Positions 55,205 through 64,000 of a stretch of DNA of 64,000 nucleotides are shown in pieces. Within the stretch, counting starts at the first letter, position 1; each line of letters starts with the position of its first letter. The notes under the pieces are model-generated. The model had not been told where the DNA came from. It ran no database searches and worked only from the letters and a program-made list of their open reading frames with translations. A program made the position numbers and the translations under genes. Source of the DNA: Sphingomonadaceae bacterium (lineage in GTDB: Bacteria > Pseudomonadota > Alphaproteobacteria > Sphingomonadales > Sphingomonadaceae); the NCBI GenBank assembly GCA_046153565.1, contig JBJXDU010000030.1:3793-67792 (forward strand). The letters run 5' to 3'.

Positions 55205-55825
55205 ATGACGATGAGCAAACCAGTTATTGAGTTTATCTTCGATTTTGCCAGCCCCAATGCCTATCTGGTATCAAAGGTTCTGCCGGACATCGCCGGGCAA
55301 TATGGCGCAGAGATCAAGCTGATCCCCTGCCTGCTCGGTGGCATCTTCAAAGCGACCGGCAATCAGGCGCCGTTCAACGCCTTTGCGGGGATCAAGGGGA
55401 AGCTGGATTATGATCGCCTTGAGGTGCAGCGCTTCGTCACGCGGCACGGTCTGAGCGCGTTCAAGATGAACCCGCATTTCCCGATGAACACGCTGGCGCT
55501 GATGCGCGGCATGGTCGCGGCGCAGCATCTCGGGGTTGAGCATGACTATGTGGCGAGCGTGATCGGCGGGATGTGGGAAGACGGCGAAAAGATGGACGAT
55601 CCGGAGGTCTTTCTGGCCCGGCTCAATCGCAGCGGGCTCGACGGCTCGCGTCTGCTGGAGCTGTCGACCAGCCCAGAGGTCAAGGCAGAACTGGTCGCCA
55701 ATACCGAGGCTGCTGTCGCGCGCGGCGTGTTCGGCATTCCCACCTTCTTCGTGGGAGACGAAATCTTCTTCGGCAAGGAGCGCATTGGCCAGATCGAAGC
55801 GCTTTTGAGCCAACACGCGGCATAA
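55205..55825 (+). CDS. 2-hydroxychromene-2-carboxylate isomerase / DsbA-like thioredoxin-fold protein
   Basis: The IEFIFDFASPNAYL start motif is typical of the HCCA isomerase family, and C-terminal GVFGIPTFFVGDEIFFGKERI agrees. The start could be 55205 or 55211. Confidence 0.75.
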   Translation: MTMSKPVIEFIFDFASPNAYLVSKVLPDIAGQYGAEIKLIPCLLGGIFKATGNQAPFNAFAGIKGKLDYDRLEVQRFVTRHGLSAFKMNPHFPMNTLALMRGMVAAQHLGVEHDYVASVIGGMWEDGEKMDDPEVFLARLNRSGLDGSRLLELSTSPEVKAELVANTEAAVARGVFGIPTFFVGDEIFFGKERIGQIEALLSQHAA

Positions 55826-55844
55826 ATCAGAGAGGAAACCATTC

Positions 55845-56630
55845 ATGTCCGATATGTCCGAAGGCCGCGTCTACACCGAACAGCATGATCATATCCTCAA
55901 GATCGTCATCGACAATCCAGCCAAGAAAAACGCCTTCAGCCCGGAAATGATGGCCGAGCTGTCGAACGCTCTGACATTGCTCGAAAATCAGGAAGACCTG
56001 TGGGTCGGCGTGCTGTGCGCCAATGGCAGCGCCTTTAGCGCTGGTCTCGACATGCCAAAATTCTTCGGCCCCACGGCCACGGTCAAGCCTGATCCCGAAG
56101 GCAATATCGATCCATTCGGTCTCGCCAATCAATGCACTAAGCCGATTGTGACGGCGGTTCAGGGCATTTGCTTCACCATCGGGATCGAGCTGATGCTGTC
56201 GGGCGATATCGTGGTGGCCGCAAATGACGCGCGCTTTTGCCAGATGGAATCAAAGCGCGGGATTGCCCCGCTTGGCGGCGGACATTTCCGCTACACGGCG
56301 CGCGCAGGCTGGGGCAACGCCATGTACCACCTGTTCCTCTGCGACGAATTCGGCGCCGCCGAGGCCTACCGGATCGGGCTGGTCCAGGAAGTGGTCGAAC
56401 CGGGCGAGCAGATTGACCGCGCGATGGCACTCGCCCGCATCATCGCCTCAAACGCGCCGCTCGGCATCCGCGTGACCAAGATTGCAGGCCGCAAATTCAT
56501 CGAGGCCGGCGAACAAGCCGCCATCGATGCGATCCCCGGCATCAAGGATCAAGTGATGAACAGCGCCGATGCGGCAGAAGGCATCCAGTCATTCGTCGAG
56601 CGGCGGGCGGCGGTGTTCCAAGGCCGCTAG
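55845..56630 (+). CDS. Enoyl-CoA hydratase/isomerase (crotonase) family protein
   Basis: 261 aa. NPAKKNAF, GSAFSAGLDM (oxyanion-hole region) and the crotonase repeat pattern. Confidence 0.85.
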   Translation: MSDMSEGRVYTEQHDHILKIVIDNPAKKNAFSPEMMAELSNALTLLENQEDLWVGVLCANGSAFSAGLDMPKFFGPTATVKPDPEGNIDPFGLANQCTKPIVTAVQGICFTIGIELMLSGDIVVAANDARFCQMESKRGIAPLGGGHFRYTARAGWGNAMYHLFLCDEFGAAEAYRIGLVQEVVEPGEQIDRAMALARIIASNAPLGIRVTKIAGRKFIEAGEQAAIDAIPGIKDQVMNSADAAEGIQSFVERRAAVFQGR

Positions 56631-57136
56631 GCTCGAGGCGTAAAATCGTTTTTCACGCCATATATTAGATCGTCCCCAAAAATGAGACTTCGCGCGATCG
56701 GGATATCGACGTTGCCTTGTTGCAGCAGAACGTATGGAAGGTCTTGAATCACAACGAGACTGGGCCAAACGGCGGAAAACTTGTCGAATGCTGCGTTGAT
56801 ATCTGCGTTCAATGTTCTTATCATGTTCCACCATTTTTTTGACAGCCGCAGGCGGCACTCAATATTCCCTTCCCCCGTGGGTCAGGGACCTCTCATCTGA
56901 AATTTATGCGAAATTCCGTTGCACGGCGGATGCGCCTCAACCTTTTAGGTGAGACTTTAGTGTGACTATTCACGCAGTTCTGCGGCTTCCCACGATCAAT
57001 CGTTTCCGTGAGAGCGGGGCGCCTCCCCATTGTCTGCCGCTACCGATGAAGCGTTGCTGATCGACGACATGGTGCTGGTCAGGCGCGCAGGTTATGGGTA
57101 AACCGCGTGCAATCCCACCCGGCAGGAGCATATCCC

Positions 57137-58153
57137 ATGAAGCATAAACGTCTCGGCAAAAGCGCAATCTACGTCTCCGATATCTGCATGGGGACGATGA
57201 CATTTGGTAGCCAAGCCGATGAGGCGATGTCGTTTCGGATCCTTGACCAGTCGTTTGAAGCGGGCATCAATTTCTTTGATGCTGCCGAAAATTATCCTGT
57301 TCCGCCCGATCCCAAATGGGCAGGGTTGACCGAGGAGATTGTTGGCCGCTGGCTGATGACCAAGCCGCGTGATGCCATCATCCTCGCCACCAAAGTGTCC
57401 GGCCCCAGCCATGGCTGGATCAAGGCGGCGGTGCGCAGCGGCATGACTGCGATGGATCGGCACAATATAGTGCGCGCTGTCGAGGCGAGCCTCACGCGGT
57501 TGCAAACCGATTATATCGATCTTTATCAAACGCACTGGCCCGATCACGGTTGCGAAGTCGATGAGATGATGGAGGCGCTTGATGATCTGATCCGCGCGGG
57601 CAAGGTGCGCACTATCGGGTGCAGCAACGAAACGACATGGGGTCTGATGCGCAGTCTTGCCGCATCTGACCGGCTTGGCGTCGCGCGCTATTGCACGATC
57701 CAGAATAATTTCAGCCTCAACAACCGCCGCTTTGAAGATGAACTGGCGCAGGCCTGCAAGCATGAAGGCGTCAGCTTGATCCCCTATTCGCCTTTGGGCG
57801 GCGGCGTGCTTTCGGGCAAATATCAAGGCGGTGCCACTCCAGACGGCGCGCGTTTCTCGAATTATATCAACAAGGGCGGTCGCCACACTGCAATGGCGCA
57901 GCGCTTCGTCAACGATAAATCGCTGGCGGCGACTGAACGCTATATGGCGATCGCCGCTGAGGCAGGGATAGCGCCAGTGACGCTCGCCACTGCTTGGTCA
58001 AAGCAGCATGATTTCGTCGCTTCGACAATCGTCGGCGCGACGCATGAGGATCAATTGCCCGATATATTGGCAGCGATTGATATGACGCTGAGCGACGAAG
58101 TGATGAAGGCGTGCCATGCCGTGTCGAAGGAAATACTCTATCCGATGGGGTAG
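57137..58153 (+). CDS. Aldo/keto reductase
   Basis: Trimmed to MKHKRLGKSAIYVSDICMGTMTFG with a GGAG SD 8 nt upstream. GINFFDAAENYP and IDLYQTHWPD are AKR signatures. Confidence 0.85.
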   Translation: MKHKRLGKSAIYVSDICMGTMTFGSQADEAMSFRILDQSFEAGINFFDAAENYPVPPDPKWAGLTEEIVGRWLMTKPRDAIILATKVSGPSHGWIKAAVRSGMTAMDRHNIVRAVEASLTRLQTDYIDLYQTHWPDHGCEVDEMMEALDDLIRAGKVRTIGCSNETTWGLMRSLAASDRLGVARYCTIQNNFSLNNRRFEDELAQACKHEGVSLIPYSPLGGGVLSGKYQGGATPDGARFSNYINKGGRHTAMAQRFVNDKSLAATERYMAIAAEAGIAPVTLATAWSKQHDFVASTIVGATHEDQLPDILAAIDMTLSDEVMKACHAVSKEILYPMG

Positions 58154-58485
58154 ATCGGCGTTTTCCGAGTCATCAGGCGATTTCGCCTTCGAGGCGGCCG
58201 TCTTCGCGCAGGTTTGCTCATCGATCGCCTTCGACTTGATCGCCTTCATCGGCTCCGTTCACTTGGCTGTCAAAAGTAACGCTTGTTTAAGCTGCACGAA
58301 CGTCTGCAATCTTATCAATTCCATTGAAAAAGTCAGGTCACCTTATTTCGTCACGCGGTTGGATCGGATTGAATGCTGCGGCGCGGCCCGTTGAATCAAA
58401 GTTGCAAACGGTGTGAGTTGACCGGAAGAAAATTTCGTACCGCCTTGGCAGGTAGACTTTTTCAACAGAATCTCGTCGCACCCAG

Positions 58486-60195
58486 TCACCCAGCCCCCCG
58501 CACCAGCCGCCCCGGAAAGGCCCCCGTCCCTTTGTCCATCCGCCGGATCACCACCCCGCTCACAATCGTCGCGTCATAACCGCTCGCCGCTTGATCGAGC
58601 CGTCGTCCGCCAGCGGGCAGGTCGTGCGCGATGTGGGGGATGGGCAGGGTCAGGCGCTCCATGTCGATCACGTTGATATCGGCCTTCATCCCCACCTGCA
58701 AGAGCCCGCGATCATGCAAGCCCACCGCGCGCGCGGCTTTGGCGGTGAGCATGTGGACTGCGCTTGCCAGATCGATCTTGTGATCCGTGTCGTCGCGCAC
58801 GAAATGTTTGAGCAGGAAGGTTGAATAGCTGGCATCGCAGATCGCGCCGTAATGCGCGCCGCCGTCGCCGAGCGCTGGAATGCAATCGGGGTGCATCAGC
58901 ATTTCATGGGCGCTGTCGAGCGTGCCATTTTCATAATTGCCGAGCGCGGAGAGGAACAGGCCCTTGCCGTTGGTCTCCATTAGCCGATCATAAGCCACCT
59001 CTTGGGGCGAACATCCCCGCGCGGCGGCGAGGGCGGCGAGGCTTTGGTCGGCCGGAGGGGCATAGTCCGGCGGATCATTCAGCGGAAAGATCCAATTCCA
59101 GTTGCGCGCGAGGGCATTGAAGGGATGGCCTTCGCCAAATTCCTCGCTTAGCAAGGCCGCCTTCATCTCGGGTGCGTGCATTGCGGCGACGCGCTCGGCG
59201 AGCGGCAAGTGCGCGATCTTCTGATAGCTTGGACACAGGCTGAACGGATGGACGGAGAGCTCAAGCCCCGCGATCAGGCCGATGGGGCGCGGCATGACTT
59301 GCGCGGTGACCTGATGCCCCTCAGCCTTGGACTGCGCCATCATATCGAGCACTATCCGCCAGCGCGGCGGGCCTTCATTGCCGCTCGCGAGCGTGAAGGT
59401 GGCGGGGCGGCCGCTCGCGCGCATCACCGCGTCGATCACGGGATATTCCTTGTCCCAGCCGACAAAGGCATCAAGCACAATCTGGAACGTGCCGCGGCCC
59501 GCGTCGCGCATCCCTGCGCCAATGGCTTCCAGTTCGGCGACATCGGTTTGAAAGGTCGGGATCGCGCCGCCGTCCGCCGTTCGGTGGATCGAGAGGCGCG
59601 AGGTGGCAAAACCAATCGCCCCTGCCTCCATTGCTTGCTTGGTCAGCGTGCGCATCGCGGCGAGATCGTCGGCGGTCGCCGGCTCCCGGTTCGCCCCGCG
59701 CGCGCCCATTGCATAGACGCGCAGGGGCGAGTGGGGCAGATAGGCCGCAACATCAATATCGCGCTCGCCCGCATCGAGCGCATCAAGATATTCGGGGAAG
59801 GTCTCCCAATTCCAAGGCAAGCCTTCGGTCATGACGACGCCGGGGATATCCTCAACCCCCTCCATGACGTTGATCAGCATGGCATGATCCTCGGCGCGGC
59901 ACGGCGCGAAGCCGACACCGCAATTGCCCATCACCACAGTTGTGACCCCGTGGCTGGAGGAGGGAGACATTTCGCGGCCCCAGATCGCTTGACCATCATA
60001 GTGCGTGTGCACGTCAACAAAGCCCGGCGTAACGATCCGTCCGCGCGCATCGATTTCCTCAGCGCCGCTGCCAGTGATCATACCGATGGCCGCAATCTTG
60101 CCGCGCTTCACCGCCACATCGCCGTCGATCAGCGCTCCGCCAGAGCCATCGACGATCGTGCCGCCACGAATGATCAGGTCATAGTCGTTCATCAC
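58486..60195 (-). CDS. N-acyl-D-amino-acid deacylase (D-aminoacylase) family amidohydrolase
   Basis: 569 aa. DLIIRGGTIVDGSG start and PGFVDVHTHYDG metal-binding HxH motif. Length typical of the family. Confidence 0.78.
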   Translation of the reverse strand: MMNDYDLIIRGGTIVDGSGGALIDGDVAVKRGKIAAIGMITGSGAEEIDARGRIVTPGFVDVHTHYDGQAIWGREMSPSSSHGVTTVVMGNCGVGFAPCRAEDHAMLINVMEGVEDIPGVVMTEGLPWNWETFPEYLDALDAGERDIDVAAYLPHSPLRVYAMGARGANREPATADDLAAMRTLTKQAMEAGAIGFATSRLSIHRTADGGAIPTFQTDVAELEAIGAGMRDAGRGTFQIVLDAFVGWDKEYPVIDAVMRASGRPATFTLASGNEGPPRWRIVLDMMAQSKAEGHQVTAQVMPRPIGLIAGLELSVHPFSLCPSYQKIAHLPLAERVAAMHAPEMKAALLSEEFGEGHPFNALARNWNWIFPLNDPPDYAPPADQSLAALAAARGCSPQEVAYDRLMETNGKGLFLSALGNYENGTLDSAHEMLMHPDCIPALGDGGAHYGAICDASYSTFLLKHFVRDDTDHKIDLASAVHMLTAKAARAVGLHDRGLLQVGMKADINVIDMERLTLPIPHIAHDLPAGGRRLDQAASGYDATIVSGVVIRRMDKGTGAFPGRLVRGAG

Positions 60196-61013
60196 GACAT
60201 CTTTCCGCCCCAGATATCACCCTCGGCCTGCGTATCAAGATCAACCGCGCCGCGTACGCCGAGTTTAGCCCGCGCTTCTGCCAGCGGAATGTGCCAGACA
60301 TCCTCCATCTTCGCCATCCAGAAGGGGTCTGATTGCTTGCCGACCGCGATGCCCTGGCTGATGCAGGTCAGCGCGGTTTCCCATATGTGCGGATAATGGA
60401 GCATCGTGCGGATGACATAACGCATCGTGCCAAGGATCGAGATGACGCTCATTTCCCCTGCCAGTTCCTTATTCTGGATATGCGTATGGATGGTCGATAA
60501 ACGGAACCAATAGGGGATGAGTTCGCCCATATAGTTGAAGCCGCCGCCGGTCAGGATGTGCTCATAATCATGCGTTTGGCCTGATCGGATCGAATAGAAA
60601 TCCCATTGCGATTTGGGTTCGTAAAAGGGGACGATCTGAATTTCATAATTACCGTTTTTGGCGACGTCATAATAGATGCCCCCGACGGTGCCTGACGCGC
60701 AATCAGCCAATTCATCAATCTTGTAATCCGATACAAACCAATCGTTGAACCATGCGTCCAGTTTCGGGTTCACTTTGCGTTCTTGCGTGAACATATGTTC
60801 GATATGATCAAAGTCACGTAACTCCTGAAGGATGCCGATCAGTTCATGCATTTCGGCGGCGGGCGGATAGTCGGGCCCGTTCTTTTTGAGCGCGATCAGC
60901 GCGATCCATTCGCGCAATTTGGGGTGGTTCAGATATTTGGATGAAGAAACGAGCACGCTCGAATCGGTGCCCAAAAGGTTGACGCCACGCGCCAGATAGG
61001 GAATGTTATCCAC
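60192..61013 (-). CDS. Coq4-family (ubiquinone biosynthesis protein COQ4-like) protein
   Basis: 273 aa with a GTG start and a GAAAGG SD 9 nt upstream. Contains HDYEHILTGGGFNYMGE, an exact fit to the Coq4 zinc motif HDxxH-x11-E and similar to the eukaryotic HDLWHVLTG...GE context. 4-nt overlap with the deacylase gene. GC content is visibly lower than in the neighbouring genes. Confidence 0.6.
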   Translation of the reverse strand: MDNIPYLARGVNLLGTDSSVLVSSSKYLNHPKLREWIALIALKKNGPDYPPAAEMHELIGILQELRDFDHIEHMFTQERKVNPKLDAWFNDWFVSDYKIDELADCASGTVGGIYYDVAKNGNYEIQIVPFYEPKSQWDFYSIRSGQTHDYEHILTGGGFNYMGELIPYWFRLSTIHTHIQNKELAGEMSVISILGTMRYVIRTMLHYPHIWETALTCISQGIAVGKQSDPFWMAKMEDVWHIPLAEARAKLGVRGAVDLDTQAEGDIWGGKMS

Positions 61014-61120
61014 TGATGTGCCTTTCGCGATATGCGTAAAACTTATCCCTTTTATATTCGCAAATCTAGGCTATTTATCAAGATAATACGCAAAGTGCGT
61101 CGAATCGGGAGGGTTTTGGT

Positions 61121-61993
61121 ATGGCAAATGGCAAAATTGCGCTGGTCACCGGTGCAAGCCGCGGAGCAGGTGCCGGGATCGCCCGTGGTTTTGGCGAACT
61201 TGGCTATACCGTCTATGTCACCGGTCGCACCATTGCCCCGGGCGATGCCAAGGGATGGGACGGATCTGTCCTTCCCGGAACCGTTGCCGAAACGGCGGCG
61301 GCCGTCACTGAACGCGGCGGCAAGGGGATTGCCGTAATGTGTGATCACGGCGATGATGCGCAGGTCGCCGCGCTATTTGACCAGATCGAGCGTGAGCAGG
61401 GCCGTCTCGATATGCTGGTCAACAACGCCACCTATATCCATCACCAGTTAATTGAGAAGAAGCCCTTTTGGGAGAAGGAAATTGATGCTGTCAATATCCT
61501 CGATGTCGGTCTGCGTTCGGCCTATGTCGCGAGCTGGCATGCGGCACGGATGATGGTCCGCCAAGGCAGCGGGGTGATCGCCTTTGGATCTTCTTTTGGT
61601 GGTTCCTGCTACATGCACGGGCCAGCTTATGGTGCACAAAAGGCAGGCATCGACAAATTTGCGCATGATATGGAGCATGATCTGCGCGACACCGGCGTGG
61701 TTACGGTATCGATCTGGATGGGGCCGCTGATCACCGAACGCAGCCTGATCGCGCGCGATACCAATCCGGAGCAATATGAAGGCTTTATCGAGAGCGCGGA
61801 AAATCCTGAATTCACCGGGCATATCCTTGATGCCATCGCCGCTGCGCCGAACCGTGCTGCGCTGTCTGGTCAAACGCTGATTGGGGCGGAGATTGCCAAG
61901 GCACTCGGCGTGATGGATCGCGGAAAGGAACGGCCTTCCTACCGCGAGATGCTCGGTAATCCGCCGATGAAGAATCCTGCAGCGGTGTATTGA
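61121..61993 (+). CDS. Short-chain dehydrogenase/reductase (SDR)
   Basis: 290 aa. IALVTGASRGAGAGIARGF cofactor motif and the YGAQK catalytic YxxxK. Confidence 0.85.
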   Translation: MANGKIALVTGASRGAGAGIARGFGELGYTVYVTGRTIAPGDAKGWDGSVLPGTVAETAAAVTERGGKGIAVMCDHGDDAQVAALFDQIEREQGRLDMLVNNATYIHHQLIEKKPFWEKEIDAVNILDVGLRSAYVASWHAARMMVRQGSGVIAFGSSFGGSCYMHGPAYGAQKAGIDKFAHDMEHDLRDTGVVTVSIWMGPLITERSLIARDTNPEQYEGFIESAENPEFTGHILDAIAAAPNRAALSGQTLIGAEIAKALGVMDRGKERPSYREMLGNPPMKNPAAVY

Positions 61994-63603
61994 TGACCCA
62001 GACCGACCCGATCTTTGCTGCCGTTACAGCGCCGGGCTCGCCGTTTGAAATTGGCGCGCGCGATGGGATGCGCTGCTTTGTGAACGCGCCCCCTGATCTC
62101 AATATGCTCATCGAAAGCGCGCGGGTGCATGGCGATAAGACTTTCATTGTCGAGGGCGAGCGGCGGCTGAGCTTTGCAGAGGCCTTTGCGCTGCGCGATG
62201 CGCTGGCGGCAGAACTCGGCGTTGCGCACGGCGATCGGGTGGCGATCTGCATGCGCAACTGCGCGGAATGGATGATCGGCTTTCTCGCGGTAATGCGGTG
62301 CGGCGGGGTCGCGACGCTGATCAACAGCCGGGGTTCGCCTGCCGAGCTTTGCGCGATGGTGGCCGAAGTCGGGGCCGACACCATATTGGCCGACGAAGCG
62401 CGCGCCGCGCTTTTGCGCGAAGGCGGCTATGCAGGGCGGATCATCTCAGTTGAGGATTTCCCTGCCGCCGGAGCTACGCCGCAAGCGGCCGCACCAGCCT
62501 CTGCCGATGATCCTGCCGCCATCCTCTTCACTTCGGGCACAACCGGCCGCGTCAAGGGCGCGGTGCTGACGCACAAAAATCTGATCACTGGCATCATGGC
62601 GGTGCAACTGACCGGGCTGATGGTGCTGCACAACAGCGCCGCTTCGCTTGGGATTCCCGTGGCAGCGATCATGGCAAACATGCCGCAACAGGCGACGCTG
62701 CAAGTCTATCCGTTGTTCCATATCTCAGGCCTTGGCAGCGCCTTCCTGTCACCCCTTCTGTCGGGCAGCAAGATCGTCATCCTGCCGCGCTGGGACCCGG
62801 AGGAAGCACTGCGCTTGATCGCGGCAGAAAAAGTAACCCAGTTTACCGGCGTGCCGACGATGCTGTGGGATGTGCTCAACCGCGCGAAGATTGGGGATGC
62901 TGATCTCTCTTCGCTGCGCAATATTGGCACAGGGGGGCAGGCGCTTCCGGTCAACCTGCTCGACGCAATTAGCGAAGCAGCGCCGCAAGCGGTGATGGGC
63001 ACCGGCTACGGCCTCACCGAAACAGCGGGCAGTGTGGCCATGGCGCTAGGCGAGGATTTCATCCGCAACCGCACCGCGGCAGGGCGGGTGCTCGATCTGG
63101 TCGAGATGAAAATCGATGCTGCTCCGGGCGAACCGGGCGAAATTCTCGTACGCGGGCCGATGGTGATGGCGGGTTACTGGAACCGGCCTGAGGAGACTGC
63201 GGCGGTACTGTCCGACGACGGCTGGTTCTGCACAGGTGACGTGGGAACGGTTGACGCCGAAGGCTATGTCTTCATCGTGGACCGCAAAAAGGATATGGTG
63301 ATCTCGGGTGGGGAGAATATCTACTGCGCCGAGGTGGAGCGGGTGATGGGTGAGATGGCGGGTGTTGCTGAGTGCGCGGCCTTTGGTATCCCTGACGAAC
63401 GGTTGGGCGAAGTGCTGGTCGCGGTGGTCTTGGGCAAGCCAAGCGAAAGCGAAATCATCGCCCATGTCGGCGAGAAACTCGCGCGCTATAAGGCACCCAG
63501 CAGCGTCGCATTTGCAACCGCACCTCTGCCGCGCAACGATGTCGGCAAGGTCGACAAGATCAAACTCCGGGCGCTGTGGCCCGACCTGTTGGGAGCGGAT
63601 TGA
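61990..63603 (+). CDS. AMP-dependent acyl-CoA synthetase/ligase (class I adenylate-forming enzyme)
   Basis: 537 aa. ILFTSGTTGRVKGAVLTH (AMP-binding motif), GYGLTET, TGDVG and ISGGENIY. 4-nt overlap with the SDR gene. Confidence 0.88.
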   Translation: MMTQTDPIFAAVTAPGSPFEIGARDGMRCFVNAPPDLNMLIESARVHGDKTFIVEGERRLSFAEAFALRDALAAELGVAHGDRVAICMRNCAEWMIGFLAVMRCGGVATLINSRGSPAELCAMVAEVGADTILADEARAALLREGGYAGRIISVEDFPAAGATPQAAAPASADDPAAILFTSGTTGRVKGAVLTHKNLITGIMAVQLTGLMVLHNSAASLGIPVAAIMANMPQQATLQVYPLFHISGLGSAFLSPLLSGSKIVILPRWDPEEALRLIAAEKVTQFTGVPTMLWDVLNRAKIGDADLSSLRNIGTGGQALPVNLLDAISEAAPQAVMGTGYGLTETAGSVAMALGEDFIRNRTAAGRVLDLVEMKIDAAPGEPGEILVRGPMVMAGYWNRPEETAAVLSDDGWFCTGDVGTVDAEGYVFIVDRKKDMVISGGENIYCAEVERVMGEMAGVAECAAFGIPDERLGEVLVAVVLGKPSESEIIAHVGEKLARYKAPSSVAFATAPLPRNDVGKVDKIKLRALWPDLLGAD

Positions 63604-63605
63604 AT

Positions 63606-64000
63606 ATGGGCATGCCCAGCGACATCAAGATTATCGACTGCATGCTCGGCATTCCCAATAATGAGGATCGCTCGGGCTGGTTTGAGAGCTTCAAGCCGCT
63701 GCTGCGCGATCAAGAGTCGCGTGATCAGTTCAGCATGCCTGCCCAATATATGTTCAAAGATGTCCCGCAGACGGGCAACCCCGGCGACTTTGTTAAATGG
63801 ACCGTCGAGCAGATGGACAAGTTCGGTATCGACAAGGCAATGACCGGATATAATGAGGATGAAACCTCGCGGCGCGCGAAGGAACTTTTCCCGGATCGCT
63901 TTTTCTTCGAGCTGCCCTGCGATCCCAACAAGGGGATGGAGGAGGTGGCCCGAATCCGCCGGGTGCATGCCGAGGTTGGCTTGAAGGCGATCACCGTTTT
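63606..64000 (+). CDS. Probable amidohydrolase_2-family protein. N-terminal part only, because the gene runs off the window edge.
   Basis: Not in the ORF track. My translation from the ATG at 63606 gives MGMPSDIKIIDCMLGIPNNEDRSGWFESFKPLLRDQESRDQFSMPAQYMFKDVPQTGNPGDFVKWTVEQMDKFGIDKAMTGYNEDETSRRAKELFPDRFFFELPCDPNKGMEEVARIRRVHAEVGLKAITV, open to the window end. It starts 2 nt after the ligase stop. The family call rests only on the IIDCH/M-type start and general resemblance, so it is tentative. Confidence 0.5.
   Translation, partial: MGMPSDIKIIDCMLGIPNNEDRSGWFESFKPLLRDQESRDQFSMPAQYMFKDVPQTGNPGDFVKWTVEQMDKFGIDKAMTGYNEDETSRRAKELFPDRFFFELPCDPNKGMEEVARIRRVHAEVGLKAITV

Noticed and set aside
57998-58249. 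Small minus-strand ORF with a Lys/Ala-rich N-terminus (MKAIKSKAIDEQTCAKTAASKAKSPDD...) in the AKR / D-aminoacylase convergent spacer
   Set aside because: Two thirds of the ORF is antisense to the 3' end of the AKR gene and has shadow-like composition. The SD spacing is only 3 nt. The repeated ATCGCCTTC motif explains the KAI/KSK periodicity.

Overview
High-GC (about 60%) chromosomal catabolic region, most likely from a Sphingomonadaceae alphaproteobacterium, because several proteins are near-colinear with what I recall of the Sphingobium sp. SYK-6 Lig enzymes. I found no rRNA, tRNA, CRISPR array, transposase, integrase or recognisable defence system. Gene blocks: (1) 1-6.3 kb, minus-strand operon MFS transporter, TonB-dependent receptor, three tandem 2,4'-dihydroxyacetophenone-dioxygenase-like cupins and a VanA-like Rieske oxygenase that runs off the window edge. 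(2) 6.3-14.2 kb, a complete protocatechuate 4,5-cleavage set, with ligI-ligU-ligK divergent from an unknown oxidoreductase plus ligJ-ligA-ligB-ligC-pobA. (3) 14.3-19.6 kb, five-gene operon UPF0261 protein, BCCP, biotin carboxylase, carboxyltransferase and HAD phosphatase, with a divergent IclR regulator. (4) 20.6-23.4 kb, a small mixed operon. (5) 23.5-48.3 kb, an N-methyl/C1 island: soxBDAG, three dimethylglycine-dehydrogenase-like FAD/GcvT fusions, two GbcA-like Rieske oxygenases, a homocysteine S-methyltransferase, and frmA plus an NAD-dependent formate dehydrogenase (fds). (6) 48.5-64 kb, regulators, a second TonB receptor and assorted oxidoreductase, CoA and amidohydrolase genes, including a bacterial Coq4-like protein. 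The most unusual signal is a roughly 120-130 nt nested-palindromic repeat family with one reading frame kept open. One copy sits between ligA and ligB, and two copies are inserted in frame inside fdsB and soxA, reminiscent of Rickettsia palindromic elements. Other notable points: a conserved palindromic operator shared by the lig and uptake operons; an acv/hpe-like kinase, carboxylase and phosphatase cluster; and a 28-nt direct repeat bracketing an inserted dehydrogenase gene. All functional calls rest on motif recognition and recalled homologies. No database search was run.
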